Shown piece by piece: positions 1-8,542 of a stretch of 64,000 nt of DNA. Under the pieces are notes generated by a model. It saw nothing but the letters and a program-made list of their open reading frames with translations. It was not told the DNA's origin and searched no databases. A program made the position numbers and the translations under genes. How positions within the stretch are numbered: position 1 is the stretch's first letter; every line of letters begins with the position of its first letter. Source of the stretch: Eubacteriales bacterium (GTDB lineage: Bacteria; Bacillota; Desulfotomaculia; Desulfotomaculales; Nap2-2B); the NCBI GenBank assembly GCA_041653135.1, contig JBAZGB010000003.1, positions 421 to 64,420 of the forward strand, written 5' to 3'.

Positions 1-191
1 ATCTTAAACTCAGCTCCCGACAAATCCGTAACATCGTTAACCTGAACAGGAACGTCAAACTCCTGGTTAAGGTTTACGTTTGCCGGTGCTGTTATTCCTA
101 TTGTGGCTGCGCTCGCCCAGGCGGGAATAGCCAGGCAAAGTATAATCAGCAATCCTAAAATGGAAAAAAGTAATGCTTTTCTCCTCAACAC
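1..191 (-). CDS. Secreted cohesin-domain protein, N-terminal part (runs off window)
   Basis: Not in the ORF track. AGGAGG (198-203) lies 6 nt before GTG at 191. Translation MLRRKALLFSILGLLIILCLAIPAWASA-ATIGITAPANVNLNQEFDVPVQVNDVTDLSGAEFK is a signal peptide plus a cohesin-like start (V..G..F.VPV.V..V.DL.GA.F). Lies directly downstream of two dockerin genes. Confidence 0.7.
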   Translation of the reverse strand, partial: MLRRKALLFSILGLLIILCLAIPAWASAATIGITAPANVNLNQEFDVPVQVNDVTDLSGAEFK

Positions 192-368
192 TAATGACCT
201 CCTTTTTCATAAAAGTCTTGCTTCATAAAGTTATTGCTTTATAGATCTTGCTTTTCAACAAGCCCTTTCCTTTATCTTTACGCACGCCCTCCTTTCAAGT
301 TAAGAGGTGTATCGTATACAACTGTTTTTCAACCGCTCATTTTTATCTCATGCGCTCCAAATCTCTTC

Positions 369-1586
369 TTACAGGCCCATGTTTTGGGCTACCCGTAGCA
401 GGTCAAAAATATCGACCTCCTCATCATTATTTACATCTGCTTTATTCGCTTCTGGATTGGTATTCGGATCCAGACCCATCCTGGCTGCCGCCCACAATAT
501 ATCAAAAATGTCTATTACGCCGTCGTCATCCATATCACCAAGGCGCAGAATCACGTCCGGGAGTTCGACAACTTCACCGTCGCCTATTGTTACCGGCCGG
601 ATTTCTTCCTTCCAGCTTCCGTCAGGCCGATCGAAAGATACATTGTAGCTGTCTGCAGACGGAGGACATACACTGTAACTGCCGTTAGAAAGTGAAACCG
701 CGCTGGCCATAATATTGTTGCCTTTCTTTACATTAACTACGGTTCCAGCGTGATCAGGTTCGGGGTCGTCAGCATAAACTTTCTCCAAAAAAACGTTTCC
801 TTTGATTATTGGGCCGCTGATTCCCATTTCTATCAAGATATCATTAAGTATTTCCTGTTCTTCATCCGTCAGTTGAATAAAGGCATTATGAAACAACTGA
901 CAGTCAAAACCAATATCTATCAAATCCTGTTCGGTAATATTGCTTACGTTTATAATATACTGTTCAACCAGGGCGTCAAATTGCGGGCACGAAATATTTC
1001 CGGCCTGGTCAATTTTAATTGTATTCAGCAGTTGCAAAAAGAACTCAATTCGCTCACATTCCCCCCAGTTCCAGGTTGAGTTCATCTCCAACCGAAAGCT
1101 TAAGGGAAGGGAATTCCGTAATGTTTCATATAACTCGGCCAGATAGGTAATATCGCGGTTTGATGGGGAAACGGCTTTGACAAACCCTTCATACCCGCCG
1201 ACGCCATCGCTCTGGTGAGTATTTACATAAATTTCAAATACCTGTGACTGAAGCAGCCCGGAATAGCTAAGACCAAACTTCGCTTCCAGCACAGTCTGCT
1301 GCTGCACGGTTAAAACAGGCTGGTTGCCGTTTATCCCTAAAAAAAGCGCCTGGTTTAAATCCTTCGATATATTTACAAGTGATTCAACTTCCTGGGCATT
1401 TAAAACAGCCAGTTTATCCCATAGAGGTGTTAAAGCCTGCACGCAGTCAATACTGTTCATCTCACTTTCTTCAGCCCGGACCGGCGGCGCACAAATAAAC
1501 AAAACGGAAATAATAAAGGCAAAAGCAAGCAGAGCCAATTTAAACCTCTGGAGAATGTCCTTCACTCTAGTACTCACTCCTTTCAT
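369..1586 (-). CDS. Secreted protein: unknown helical N-domain, carboxypeptidase-regulatory-like beta domain, C-terminal dockerin
   Basis: Signal peptide. Duplicated Ca-loop motif GDMDDDGVIDIFDIL...ADVNNDEEVDIFDLL at the C-terminus. Confidence 0.8.
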   Translation of the reverse strand: MKGVSTRVKDILQRFKLALLAFAFIISVLFICAPPVRAEESEMNSIDCVQALTPLWDKLAVLNAQEVESLVNISKDLNQALFLGINGNQPVLTVQQQTVLEAKFGLSYSGLLQSQVFEIYVNTHQSDGVGGYEGFVKAVSPSNRDITYLAELYETLRNSLPLSFRLEMNSTWNWGECERIEFFLQLLNTIKIDQAGNISCPQFDALVEQYIINVSNITEQDLIDIGFDCQLFHNAFIQLTDEEQEILNDILIEMGISGPIIKGNVFLEKVYADDPEPDHAGTVVNVKKGNNIMASAVSLSNGSYSVCPPSADSYNVSFDRPDGSWKEEIRPVTIGDGEVVELPDVILRLGDMDDDGVIDIFDILWAAARMGLDPNTNPEANKADVNNDEEVDIFDLLRVAQNMGL

Positions 1587-1653
1587 TAACCACTAAGCCT
1601 TAAGATTTCTTGTTTGAAGAAATTATTCACTTCTTAGTCTGTTCGAAACTCAT

Positions 1654-2523
1654 TTACAAGCCCATGTTTTGAGCTACCCGGAGCAGGTCAAAAATATCTA
1701 CATCCTCGTCCTTAATTATGTTCGCATACATCGCTTCCGGATCGGTATCCGGATCCAGCCCCATTCTGGCCGCTATCCACAGGAGATCAAAAATATCAAT
1801 TTCGCCGTCGTTATTCACATCGCCAAGGCGCAGAGTCACGTCCGGCAGTATGACATCACCACTTACTACGGTTACCGGCCTTTTTTCCTCCTTCCAGCTC
1901 GCGTCATCCCGGTCAAAGCATACATCGTAGCTGCCTGCGGACGGAGGAGATACACTGTAACTGCCGTCAGCAAGAGTAACCGTGCTGGCCACAATATTTT
2001 CACTTCCGCCTGTTTTTACATTAACTGCGACCCCGGCGAGACTAGGGTCGGGATCTGAAGACTGAGCCTTCTCCAACAAGACCTTCCCTTTGATTGCAGT
2101 CGGCGGCGGGATTTTAAGATCAACTTGTTCTACATCACCACTGTACCATTTAATAGTCACCGGAGTGCCGTAGTAATAAGTCTGTGCTGAGTAGAGGCAG
2201 CCGTTAACCTCAACCTTAAAAGTAACCGTTTTTCCCGCATCCGCGCTGTAACCGGTCACAGCAAGTTTTTTATGATCGTGGTCACCATAATAACCCCCGG
2301 TGAAATCAAATTCGGGGCTGCGCAGAGCGCCGTCAATATACGCCGTGACTATTCCCTCTTCTACCGTCTGCCCTTCAGTAGTCCATACACTGCCATAATA
2401 CTGGGCGGGCATTAGGGGAAGCGGATCATCGGCCGCGGCCGGGCCGGCCAAAGCTAAAAGGCAAAGAGCGGCGCTGATCAAGACCAGAATCCACTTTTGG
2501 AAAACTTTTGTTTGTCGGTTCAT
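1654..2523 (-). CDS. Secreted dockerin-domain protein
   Basis: AAGGAGGG RBS; signal peptide. GDVNNDGEIDIFDLL...ANIIKDEDVDIFDLL dockerin. C-terminal ~148 aa paralogous to 369..1586. Confidence 0.82.
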   Translation of the reverse strand: MNRQTKVFQKWILVLISAALCLLALAGPAAADDPLPLMPAQYYGSVWTTEGQTVEEGIVTAYIDGALRSPEFDFTGGYYGDHDHKKLAVTGYSADAGKTVTFKVEVNGCLYSAQTYYYGTPVTIKWYSGDVEQVDLKIPPPTAIKGKVLLEKAQSSDPDPSLAGVAVNVKTGGSENIVASTVTLADGSYSVSPPSAGSYDVCFDRDDASWKEEKRPVTVVSGDVILPDVTLRLGDVNNDGEIDIFDLLWIAARMGLDPDTDPEAMYANIIKDEDVDIFDLLRVAQNMGL

Positions 2524-2609
2524 TTCGAAGCCCTCCTTAAAATATTTTAAAGACCAGCCCTTTGCAACAACCCCCTGGATTTAAAAAACTATCCTTAGTT
2601 AAATAAAGA

Positions 2610-3917
2610 TCAAGGAACCGAAATTGCTTCCAGCAAACGTGCGATCATGGCCGCTATCTCTGCGCGGGTTACTTCTTTTTGCGGCCCGTAGGCGCCATCC
2701 GGGTAACCCTTTACAATACCTTTTTCGGCTACGATATTTACCGCCTCGCTTGCCCAAGCCGGGATTTGTTTCTGGTCGGCAAAACTTGCCTGGGGAGGTT
2801 TCTGGTCGCCAAGTTTTTGAACCAGCACCCGGCTTATAATCGCCGCCAGTTCAGCTCTGGTAAGCTGCTTTGCCGGTTGAAAAGTACTTTCCCCACCTGT
2901 TCCGATATACCCTTTCAGCAAACCTTCGTAAACAACCGCCGCGACAGAACCTTTAGCCCACTCCGGAACATCCGCCGCATCACTGAATATGGCCAGCTTC
3001 GCGTTGTTTCTGGCATCTATGCACGGGCTGCATCCTTCCATGCCGGGATCAACGGTTTCCAGTTCCAGCGCCCGGGCAATGATGGCGGAAAATTCTGCCC
3101 GGTTGATCATCTTATTCGGGCGGAAGGTTTTATCCTCATAGCCGCTGATTATCCCCTGCCCTACCAGTTTTTCAATAACCCCTGCAGCCCAGTGGCCCTG
3201 CAAATCGGTAAACTCAACAGCCTGTGCGATGGGGGCGGAAGAATCCTGGTATTTAAAAACAGCTTCCTCACTGTACAGGTTGTTTTGACATGCAACAGCT
3301 TTTACGGTGGTAGTTGTTTTAATCGTGAATTTTTCCTTGTATTCCTGTCGTGTGCCGCTCTGTTTCGGATCTGACCCGTCGGTGGTGTAATAAATAATTG
3401 CCCCCCCGGTAGGAGAAGACAAACTTATCTCCAGACTTCCGGTAAAACTCCCGGGCTCCGGCGCAGCCTCGGGCTTTTTGGGCGCCTGCTGTATGCCGCC
3501 GGTTCCACCGCCCGTCCCGCCGCCGCTAGTCGCTTGCGCCGGCACGTCGGCAGAAAGATTTACACTAAGATAGACACCCTGTTCATATTTGACTTCCGCA
3601 GGGTCAGACTGCGCAGGATATTCCGTTCCTCCAGCGGCTACTTTAAAAATAACCGTCTGGCCGAACACGCTCTGTTCACCTTCGAAACATGCGCTGAAGA
3701 CGCCTTTTTCTATGGTATCCTGAGCATACAACTTTCCTCCGATATAAACATTTACCACGCCTGTTTGGACCAATTCGCCGGTATTGTTCTTTACCGTTCC
3801 TTCGTAACAGCTCGGCACTACCGGCAAATCGGCGGCCAGAACCAACCCGCCCAGGCTCAAAGCGAAAACAAAGGTCAATAAAACTGCATATAAACGCTTC
3901 ATTTTAAATTGTCTCAC
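2610..3917 (-). CDS. SLH-domain surface protein with Fn3-like/CHB_HEX_C-type domain
   Basis: Signal peptide; G/T linker; IYYTTDGSDP motif; three SLH repeats (FTDLQGHWA, GYEDKTFRPNKMINRAEF, GYPDGAYGPQKEVTRAE). Confidence 0.88.
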   Translation of the reverse strand: MRQFKMKRLYAVLLTFVFALSLGGLVLAADLPVVPSCYEGTVKNNTGELVQTGVVNVYIGGKLYAQDTIEKGVFSACFEGEQSVFGQTVIFKVAAGGTEYPAQSDPAEVKYEQGVYLSVNLSADVPAQATSGGGTGGGTGGIQQAPKKPEAAPEPGSFTGSLEISLSSPTGGAIIYYTTDGSDPKQSGTRQEYKEKFTIKTTTTVKAVACQNNLYSEEAVFKYQDSSAPIAQAVEFTDLQGHWAAGVIEKLVGQGIISGYEDKTFRPNKMINRAEFSAIIARALELETVDPGMEGCSPCIDARNNAKLAIFSDAADVPEWAKGSVAAVVYEGLLKGYIGTGGESTFQPAKQLTRAELAAIISRVLVQKLGDQKPPQASFADQKQIPAWASEAVNIVAEKGIVKGYPDGAYGPQKEVTRAEIAAMIARLLEAISVP

Positions 3918-3973
3918 CCAGTCTGCCCTCCTTGAAATATTTAGGTAGAGTTTAAAAATGCTAAAATTATACT

Positions 3974-4996
3974 TTAAGACTCCGTCAGCGCTTTCCAGAA
4001 CCTTTCCAGTGTCACTGCCGCCTCAGCCCGCGTAACTTCTTTGAGCGGCTGGAAGGTACCGTCCGGGTAGCCTTTCAGGATACCCTTCTGGACAATTAAA
4101 TTTACCGCCTCCCCAGCCCAATCCGGGATCTGCTTCTGATCGCTGAAGCTTGCCGGAGCAACCGCCGGTGGTTGCTGGGCGCCGACCACCTGATTAAGCG
4201 CCCGGACTAAAATTGCCGCCAGCTCCGCTCTATTCAATGGCTTGTGCGGCCGGAAATAAACTTTTCCGTTCTCTTCCGGATAGCCCTTTAATATACCCGC
4301 GTATACAGACGCGGCGACAGAGCTTTGCGCCCAGGCGGGTATGTCTGCTGCGTCACTGATATTTTCCAGCACTTCCGGTTCTCCGGCGCCTAAAACCAGA
4401 ATACGCGCCATCATGGCAGAAAACTCTACGCGGGTAAGGAGGTTTTCCGGCCGGAAAGAATGATTCTCGTAACCCTTGAATAATCCCTGATCAATCGCCT
4501 GCTGGGCAGTGTCTTTTGCCCAATGCCCCTTTAAATCATCAAAGGCTGCCGGCAATGTGTCCTCAGTTACAACCGTCAGGTCTACCTGCTGCTTTGACTT
4601 GCTCTCCCAAATTACTTTAGCAAGACTCGTACGCGCAAGATACTCCCGCCCGTTAACCAAAACCTCGAATTTTACTTCTTTGCCGCTCAGGTCATCTTTA
4701 CTGTAAACAAGCAGCCGGCTTGTATAGGGGTCCCATGCCGGCACTCCATAGCACCCGTTGAAAAAAGGCAGTTTGCCGCAAAGTTTCCCATCAACAAAGG
4801 CTTTCACCTCGCCGGAAGCAACAGCTTGTCCCGCTTCGGTTTTAACCGTTCCGTAGTACAGGGCGGGAAAAGCCACCGGGGGCTGCGTGGAGGAATCCTG
4901 CTGGGCATATGCATTACCCTGTAAAAATAACAATGTTCCTAAAAAGAAAATGAACATCCAAAACTTTTGACCCAGGTTCTTATATTTTTTCTGCAT
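3974..4996 (-). CDS. SLH-domain surface protein
   Basis: Likely start ATG at 4996 (MQKKYK); signal peptide; three SLH repeats (FDDLKGHWA, GYENHSFRPENLLTRVEF, GYPDGTFQPLKEVTRAE). Confidence 0.88.
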   Translation of the reverse strand: MQKKYKNLGQKFWMFIFFLGTLLFLQGNAYAQQDSSTQPPVAFPALYYGTVKTEAGQAVASGEVKAFVDGKLCGKLPFFNGCYGVPAWDPYTSRLLVYSKDDLSGKEVKFEVLVNGREYLARTSLAKVIWESKSKQQVDLTVVTEDTLPAAFDDLKGHWAKDTAQQAIDQGLFKGYENHSFRPENLLTRVEFSAMMARILVLGAGEPEVLENISDAADIPAWAQSSVAASVYAGILKGYPEENGKVYFRPHKPLNRAELAAILVRALNQVVGAQQPPAVAPASFSDQKQIPDWAGEAVNLIVQKGILKGYPDGTFQPLKEVTRAEAAVTLERFWKALTES

Positions 4997-5066
4997 CAAT
5001 CTTTCGCCTTTAAATATTGCTTTCAAAAAATATATTTCCCTTCAGCTTCTTTATTCAAGAAAATAA

Positions 5067-5105
5067 AGCTTATCTGGTGCGGCGGGTCCGCCGCACCAGA
5101 CAGCT
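5067..5105 (-). terminator. Intrinsic terminator after the 955-aa gene
   Basis: Perfect inverted repeat tctggtgcggcgg/ccgccgcaccaga followed by TTTATTTT on the minus strand. Confidence 0.8.
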
Positions 5106-5177
5106 GTCTATCAATTATCATCCTGCATTATCTGCAAGATAACAAATCAGACGTGCAAATAATACTACTGTGGTGTT

Positions 5178-8045
5178 TTATGGGTTTTGAGTCTCTTCTT
5201 CGTACAGCAAGTCATCAAACATTGACTGGCCAACTTCGGCAGCCAGCGTCTGAGTCTTGGTCATGTATACCCAGTAGCCGTCGCCGTTGAACACCAGGTA
5301 CAGCGGGTCGAGCGCCCAGGCTTCAAGCGTACCCTGGGAAACATCGGCCGCCGTAAACCCGGCCAGGTTGGCCATCCTGTTGGGATCGCCGTCGATATTT
5401 ACGTCCTTTATTCCTGTGTTCGGATCGAGATCAACGACGATATCCAGTCCGTGGCCGCCCGGGTTATAGGTCTTCTTGCAGGCTTCGCAGGTGGTTCCGA
5501 GCATCTTGCCCAAGAACTCAGGCTGGTAAAGCTTGTCGCAAGGATAGCCTTCACAATTCGGACTGTCGCAATCCGGTACTTTGCAATTGCCGATAATATC
5601 AATCTCTATCGCCGGCGGCAAGGTCATCTCGCTCGGCATGGCTACTCCGACCAGGTTCCAGCCCTGCACCACAGTTCTGGTGGGCGGGATATCTTCACCG
5701 GGGTTGGCAACCCGGTTGAAGACGTATTTTGCCACATAGCAGTTCGGAGCTCCTTGTGTTGCTCTTTGCTTCGTCTTTACGTAGTAGGCGTAAAGCGGAT
5801 CAAGTTCCTCATCGGGGGCAAGGCTATCCCACTGATAGTCTTTATAGGTTAGAATATCGGCAAAGCTGCTCGCCGGCATCAGGGAATCCATGCCGCCGCT
5901 GCCCACCAGTTCCTGCGGAGTGGAAAGGACCTGCCAGGTCTCCGCATTCAGCACACGCTTTAAATCTACAGGATCGGCAAAGGGGCCAACTGCAACTGTG
6001 TTGGTTAGAATGACTTTTCCGGTTGTCTTGCCGACCAGCTTCGCCTGCACATAGACTACACTGCAAACACAGCTTGCGGAAGGATAGACATAGAAGTGTG
6101 ACTTCACGGTGCAGTATGGGTGAGTGTACTTATCCCAGCCATGGCACACTTTGCAAAGCAGCTCGCTGTGGTCTTCATTATAAATGTCGCCGCGGCCATC
6201 ATAGGCGCCTTTAAAGTTGAAGGTAGTATCAAGCGCCGTATCCCAGGTTGCGCAGCTGGGCGGGCAGAATTCCTTGGGGCTGGTCCCGGCCCAATTTGTA
6301 TCGTCTCCATCATCCGATCCACGCAGAGAAACAATAACGTCATAATTCTCAGTGGCATGGATATCGTTTCCTGCATCATCCTTTAGCCAGATTGCCGCAG
6401 ACAGCGGCCAACCGGCAACGGGGGCATTCTCGACAGAACCGAGTTCAATATCCTTGACCACTTTTACGGTAATATCCAACTGGGCCTGCGTTGCCTCATT
6501 GACAAATGCCTTGCATCTGGCAACAGACCTGTTAAGGTTGATTATGGAACGGCCTTCGATTGTCATTTCACCCAGTTTTTTCGGGTAGAATGTTACGCAA
6601 ATCCCCGTTTGGCCTTGCGGAATCCAAATGTGGGTGATTTCGTTGCCAGCAGCGTCTTTAAAGATACCGGTAACATTTTTGTTCGTATCGTAAGCGATAA
6701 GGTCAACCTTTAAACCGCCTGCATCCCTTACCGTTGTCAGGTTGCCGAACTTATCATAGACATCGATGCAGAAGTTGTAAGGTTTGTCAAGGGGAATCGG
6801 GCTCTCTTTCGGACAAGACCTCGGTCCGATGCAACTGGGCACACCAGGAGAAAGCGTGATGGTCCGGGGAATCGCTTCCAGCCAGGCGTGGGGCATTGTT
6901 TCAATGCACCCTGGAACGACAAAAGGACTATATAAAATGTGTGTCCCGCCAGAACTGGTTGCCCCGGCAAAGTCCTCTAAGGCCTCGGCAGCCATAAGCT
7001 GGCAATCCACAGTAAAGGGCGCAATATACTCAATCTCAGGATCTGCATTGCAGTCCTGTACTTCGATTGTACGCGCCCGGATGGTATAATCCAGGCCGTA
7101 ATCCTCACAGGCCGGCAGCTTTAGCTGGGCTGTGAAGATGGTTCTGTCTCCCAACTGCCTCGTATGCGCGACCACGGGGCAGATCGGCACGCCTGTGCAC
7201 GGTTTATAGTTCGCGGAACAATTTTCAATTATAGTTTCCCCATCTTCTATTACGAATGATCCTGGTCCACCGGCGTAAGGATCCTGCGCCGTCAGGCCTT
7301 TTTTATCCACGAGGTCAATAAGTACCGGCCAGGTGTCAAACGGCCAGGGTTTGTTGCAGGTACCCCAAACCTCTCCGCTGACCTCGATTGTAGAGCCTTT
7401 AGTGTAAGGAGCAGCGGGTAAATCAAGCGTTATTCTCTCTACAGTGCGCACTACTCTCAGCGCCATGCAGGATGAGACGCCACCGGTAAAGCACGGATGG
7501 CGCAGCGTGATGCAATAGCTTCCATCCAGGCAGGTGTTCTTCACCCTTAAGCCCTCGATTTGGAAATAATTGACTGTACCTATTTGCGGCAGGTTTTGTT
7601 TTTGAATAACAAAGGTAGCCGTGTGACTTACATTATCAATCACCGGAATTGTCTGAAGAATAGTACCAGTCATAGGATCTGAGCCACTGGTCCAGACCCG
7701 TATAGCAACAGTTCTCCCAATAGCCGGAGAAAGATCAAACTGTGTAGCATTCGGGTCGGAGATTTCCGGGAAATCAACCACTATCGGCTGATCTGCAAAT
7801 ACTCCCAGGTCAATATCGCCAAATAAGCCGGAATAGATCCCGTAATCATATGTGTGACTGCCCTTGACGACGTTCATATTCATGCCTGTATACGGGTTTA
7901 GTTGAGGATTCCCGTCAGGACCCAAAGCAATAATCCCTGTGTAATCAACCGGCGCCGCCAGTGATACTCCGGCAAACATAAAGCAACACAGAGCAACTAC
8001 AGCTAAAACAATGCTAAGTTTGCCCCATTTAGATATATGTGACAT
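5178..8045 (-). CDS. Large secreted Cys-rich surface (S-layer-like) protein with one CxxCH motif
   Basis: AAGGAGGG RBS; signal peptide; ~31 Cys in the mature chain by manual count; CKVCH at 6141-6155; two C-terminal W/GWNL...YYV/YWV repeats; own terminator and long leader. Function is an inference. Confidence 0.65.
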   Translation of the reverse strand: MSHISKWGKLSIVLAVVALCCFMFAGVSLAAPVDYTGIIALGPDGNPQLNPYTGMNMNVVKGSHTYDYGIYSGLFGDIDLGVFADQPIVVDFPEISDPNATQFDLSPAIGRTVAIRVWTSGSDPMTGTILQTIPVIDNVSHTATFVIQKQNLPQIGTVNYFQIEGLRVKNTCLDGSYCITLRHPCFTGGVSSCMALRVVRTVERITLDLPAAPYTKGSTIEVSGEVWGTCNKPWPFDTWPVLIDLVDKKGLTAQDPYAGGPGSFVIEDGETIIENCSANYKPCTGVPICPVVAHTRQLGDRTIFTAQLKLPACEDYGLDYTIRARTIEVQDCNADPEIEYIAPFTVDCQLMAAEALEDFAGATSSGGTHILYSPFVVPGCIETMPHAWLEAIPRTITLSPGVPSCIGPRSCPKESPIPLDKPYNFCIDVYDKFGNLTTVRDAGGLKVDLIAYDTNKNVTGIFKDAAGNEITHIWIPQGQTGICVTFYPKKLGEMTIEGRSIINLNRSVARCKAFVNEATQAQLDITVKVVKDIELGSVENAPVAGWPLSAAIWLKDDAGNDIHATENYDVIVSLRGSDDGDDTNWAGTSPKEFCPPSCATWDTALDTTFNFKGAYDGRGDIYNEDHSELLCKVCHGWDKYTHPYCTVKSHFYVYPSASCVCSVVYVQAKLVGKTTGKVILTNTVAVGPFADPVDLKRVLNAETWQVLSTPQELVGSGGMDSLMPASSFADILTYKDYQWDSLAPDEELDPLYAYYVKTKQRATQGAPNCYVAKYVFNRVANPGEDIPPTRTVVQGWNLVGVAMPSEMTLPPAIEIDIIGNCKVPDCDSPNCEGYPCDKLYQPEFLGKMLGTTCEACKKTYNPGGHGLDIVVDLDPNTGIKDVNIDGDPNRMANLAGFTAADVSQGTLEAWALDPLYLVFNGDGYWVYMTKTQTLAAEVGQSMFDDLLYEEETQNP

Positions 8046-8144
8046 CTAGGTGTTCCCTCCTTCGTAAATTGATTAGCCATTTAATAAGAACATATAAACC
8101 AACTATAAACTACCTCGCTTAGGTTGAATCGCCCAAGTCTTGAA

Positions 8145-8155
8145 ATCACCTCCTT
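8145..8155 (-). promoter_or_regulatory. Orphan perfect Shine-Dalgarno sequence (AAGGAGGTGAT) in the leader; possible STAB-SD
   Basis: 11-nt anti-SD complement 100 nt upstream of the ATG at 8045, followed only by a 5-codon TTG ORF. Confidence 0.45.
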
Positions 8156-8449
8156 TTCCTAAAAGGGATCCTTCCCGGCATTCCCCCTTTCTAAAAGATG
8201 ACAAGCTCTTCTCTCTTACTGAAACCTGCATTGCCAAACAATTCCTCGCGTTAAAAGCTTCCTCGAGGAAAATTATATCTGCCCGCTTAAGATCAGCCAC
8301 CCGTCTTCACTGGCTATTATATTGCATTAATAACGATAAATTACTGCCTGAAAATATATATAAGCAGACTATAACCCCAGAGCTAAGATTTTTCCTGCCC
8401 TGGAAGATTAATGGCCGGTCTTCCTTTTTTTTCTTCTAATAACTGCATA

Positions 8450-8477
8450 GTTCTACAAGATGACTTTGAAATCCTTC
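8450..8477 (-). promoter_or_regulatory. SigH-like promoter
   Basis: GAAGGATTT-N11-TGTAGAAC matches the sigmaH consensus RNAGGAWWW...GAAT with one mismatch. Confidence 0.45.
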
Positions 8478-8506
8478 TGTCCTGAAATAATTTTTACAGT
8501 GCTATT

Positions 8507-8538
8507 ATCAACAGATCCTCTACACGGAGGAAATTAAT
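8507..8538 (-). promoter_or_regulatory. Candidate bacterial SECIS element
   Basis: After the UGA at 8543-8545: lower stem AUUAAU/GUUGAU, upper stem UCCUC/GAGGA starting after an 11-nt spacer, apical loop CGUGUA. No U-tract follows. Confidence 0.5.
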
Positions 8539-8542
8539 GACT

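Noticed and set aside
2610-2612. Other UGA stops as selenocysteine (2610, 50567, 18548)
   Set aside because: No Cys/redox context. 50567 and 18548 overlap the next start codon (ATGA/TTGA translational coupling).
3490-3535. GC-rich short repeats as an array
   Set aside because: They encode an ordinary Gly/Thr linker (SGGGTGGGTGG).
369-5026. Cellulosome
   Set aside because: No glycoside hydrolase or CBM is recognisable on the dockerin proteins.
8103-8300. 65-aa ORF in the leader of the 955-aa gene
   Set aside because: Weak RBS, no recognisable motif; it overlaps the probable untranslated leader.
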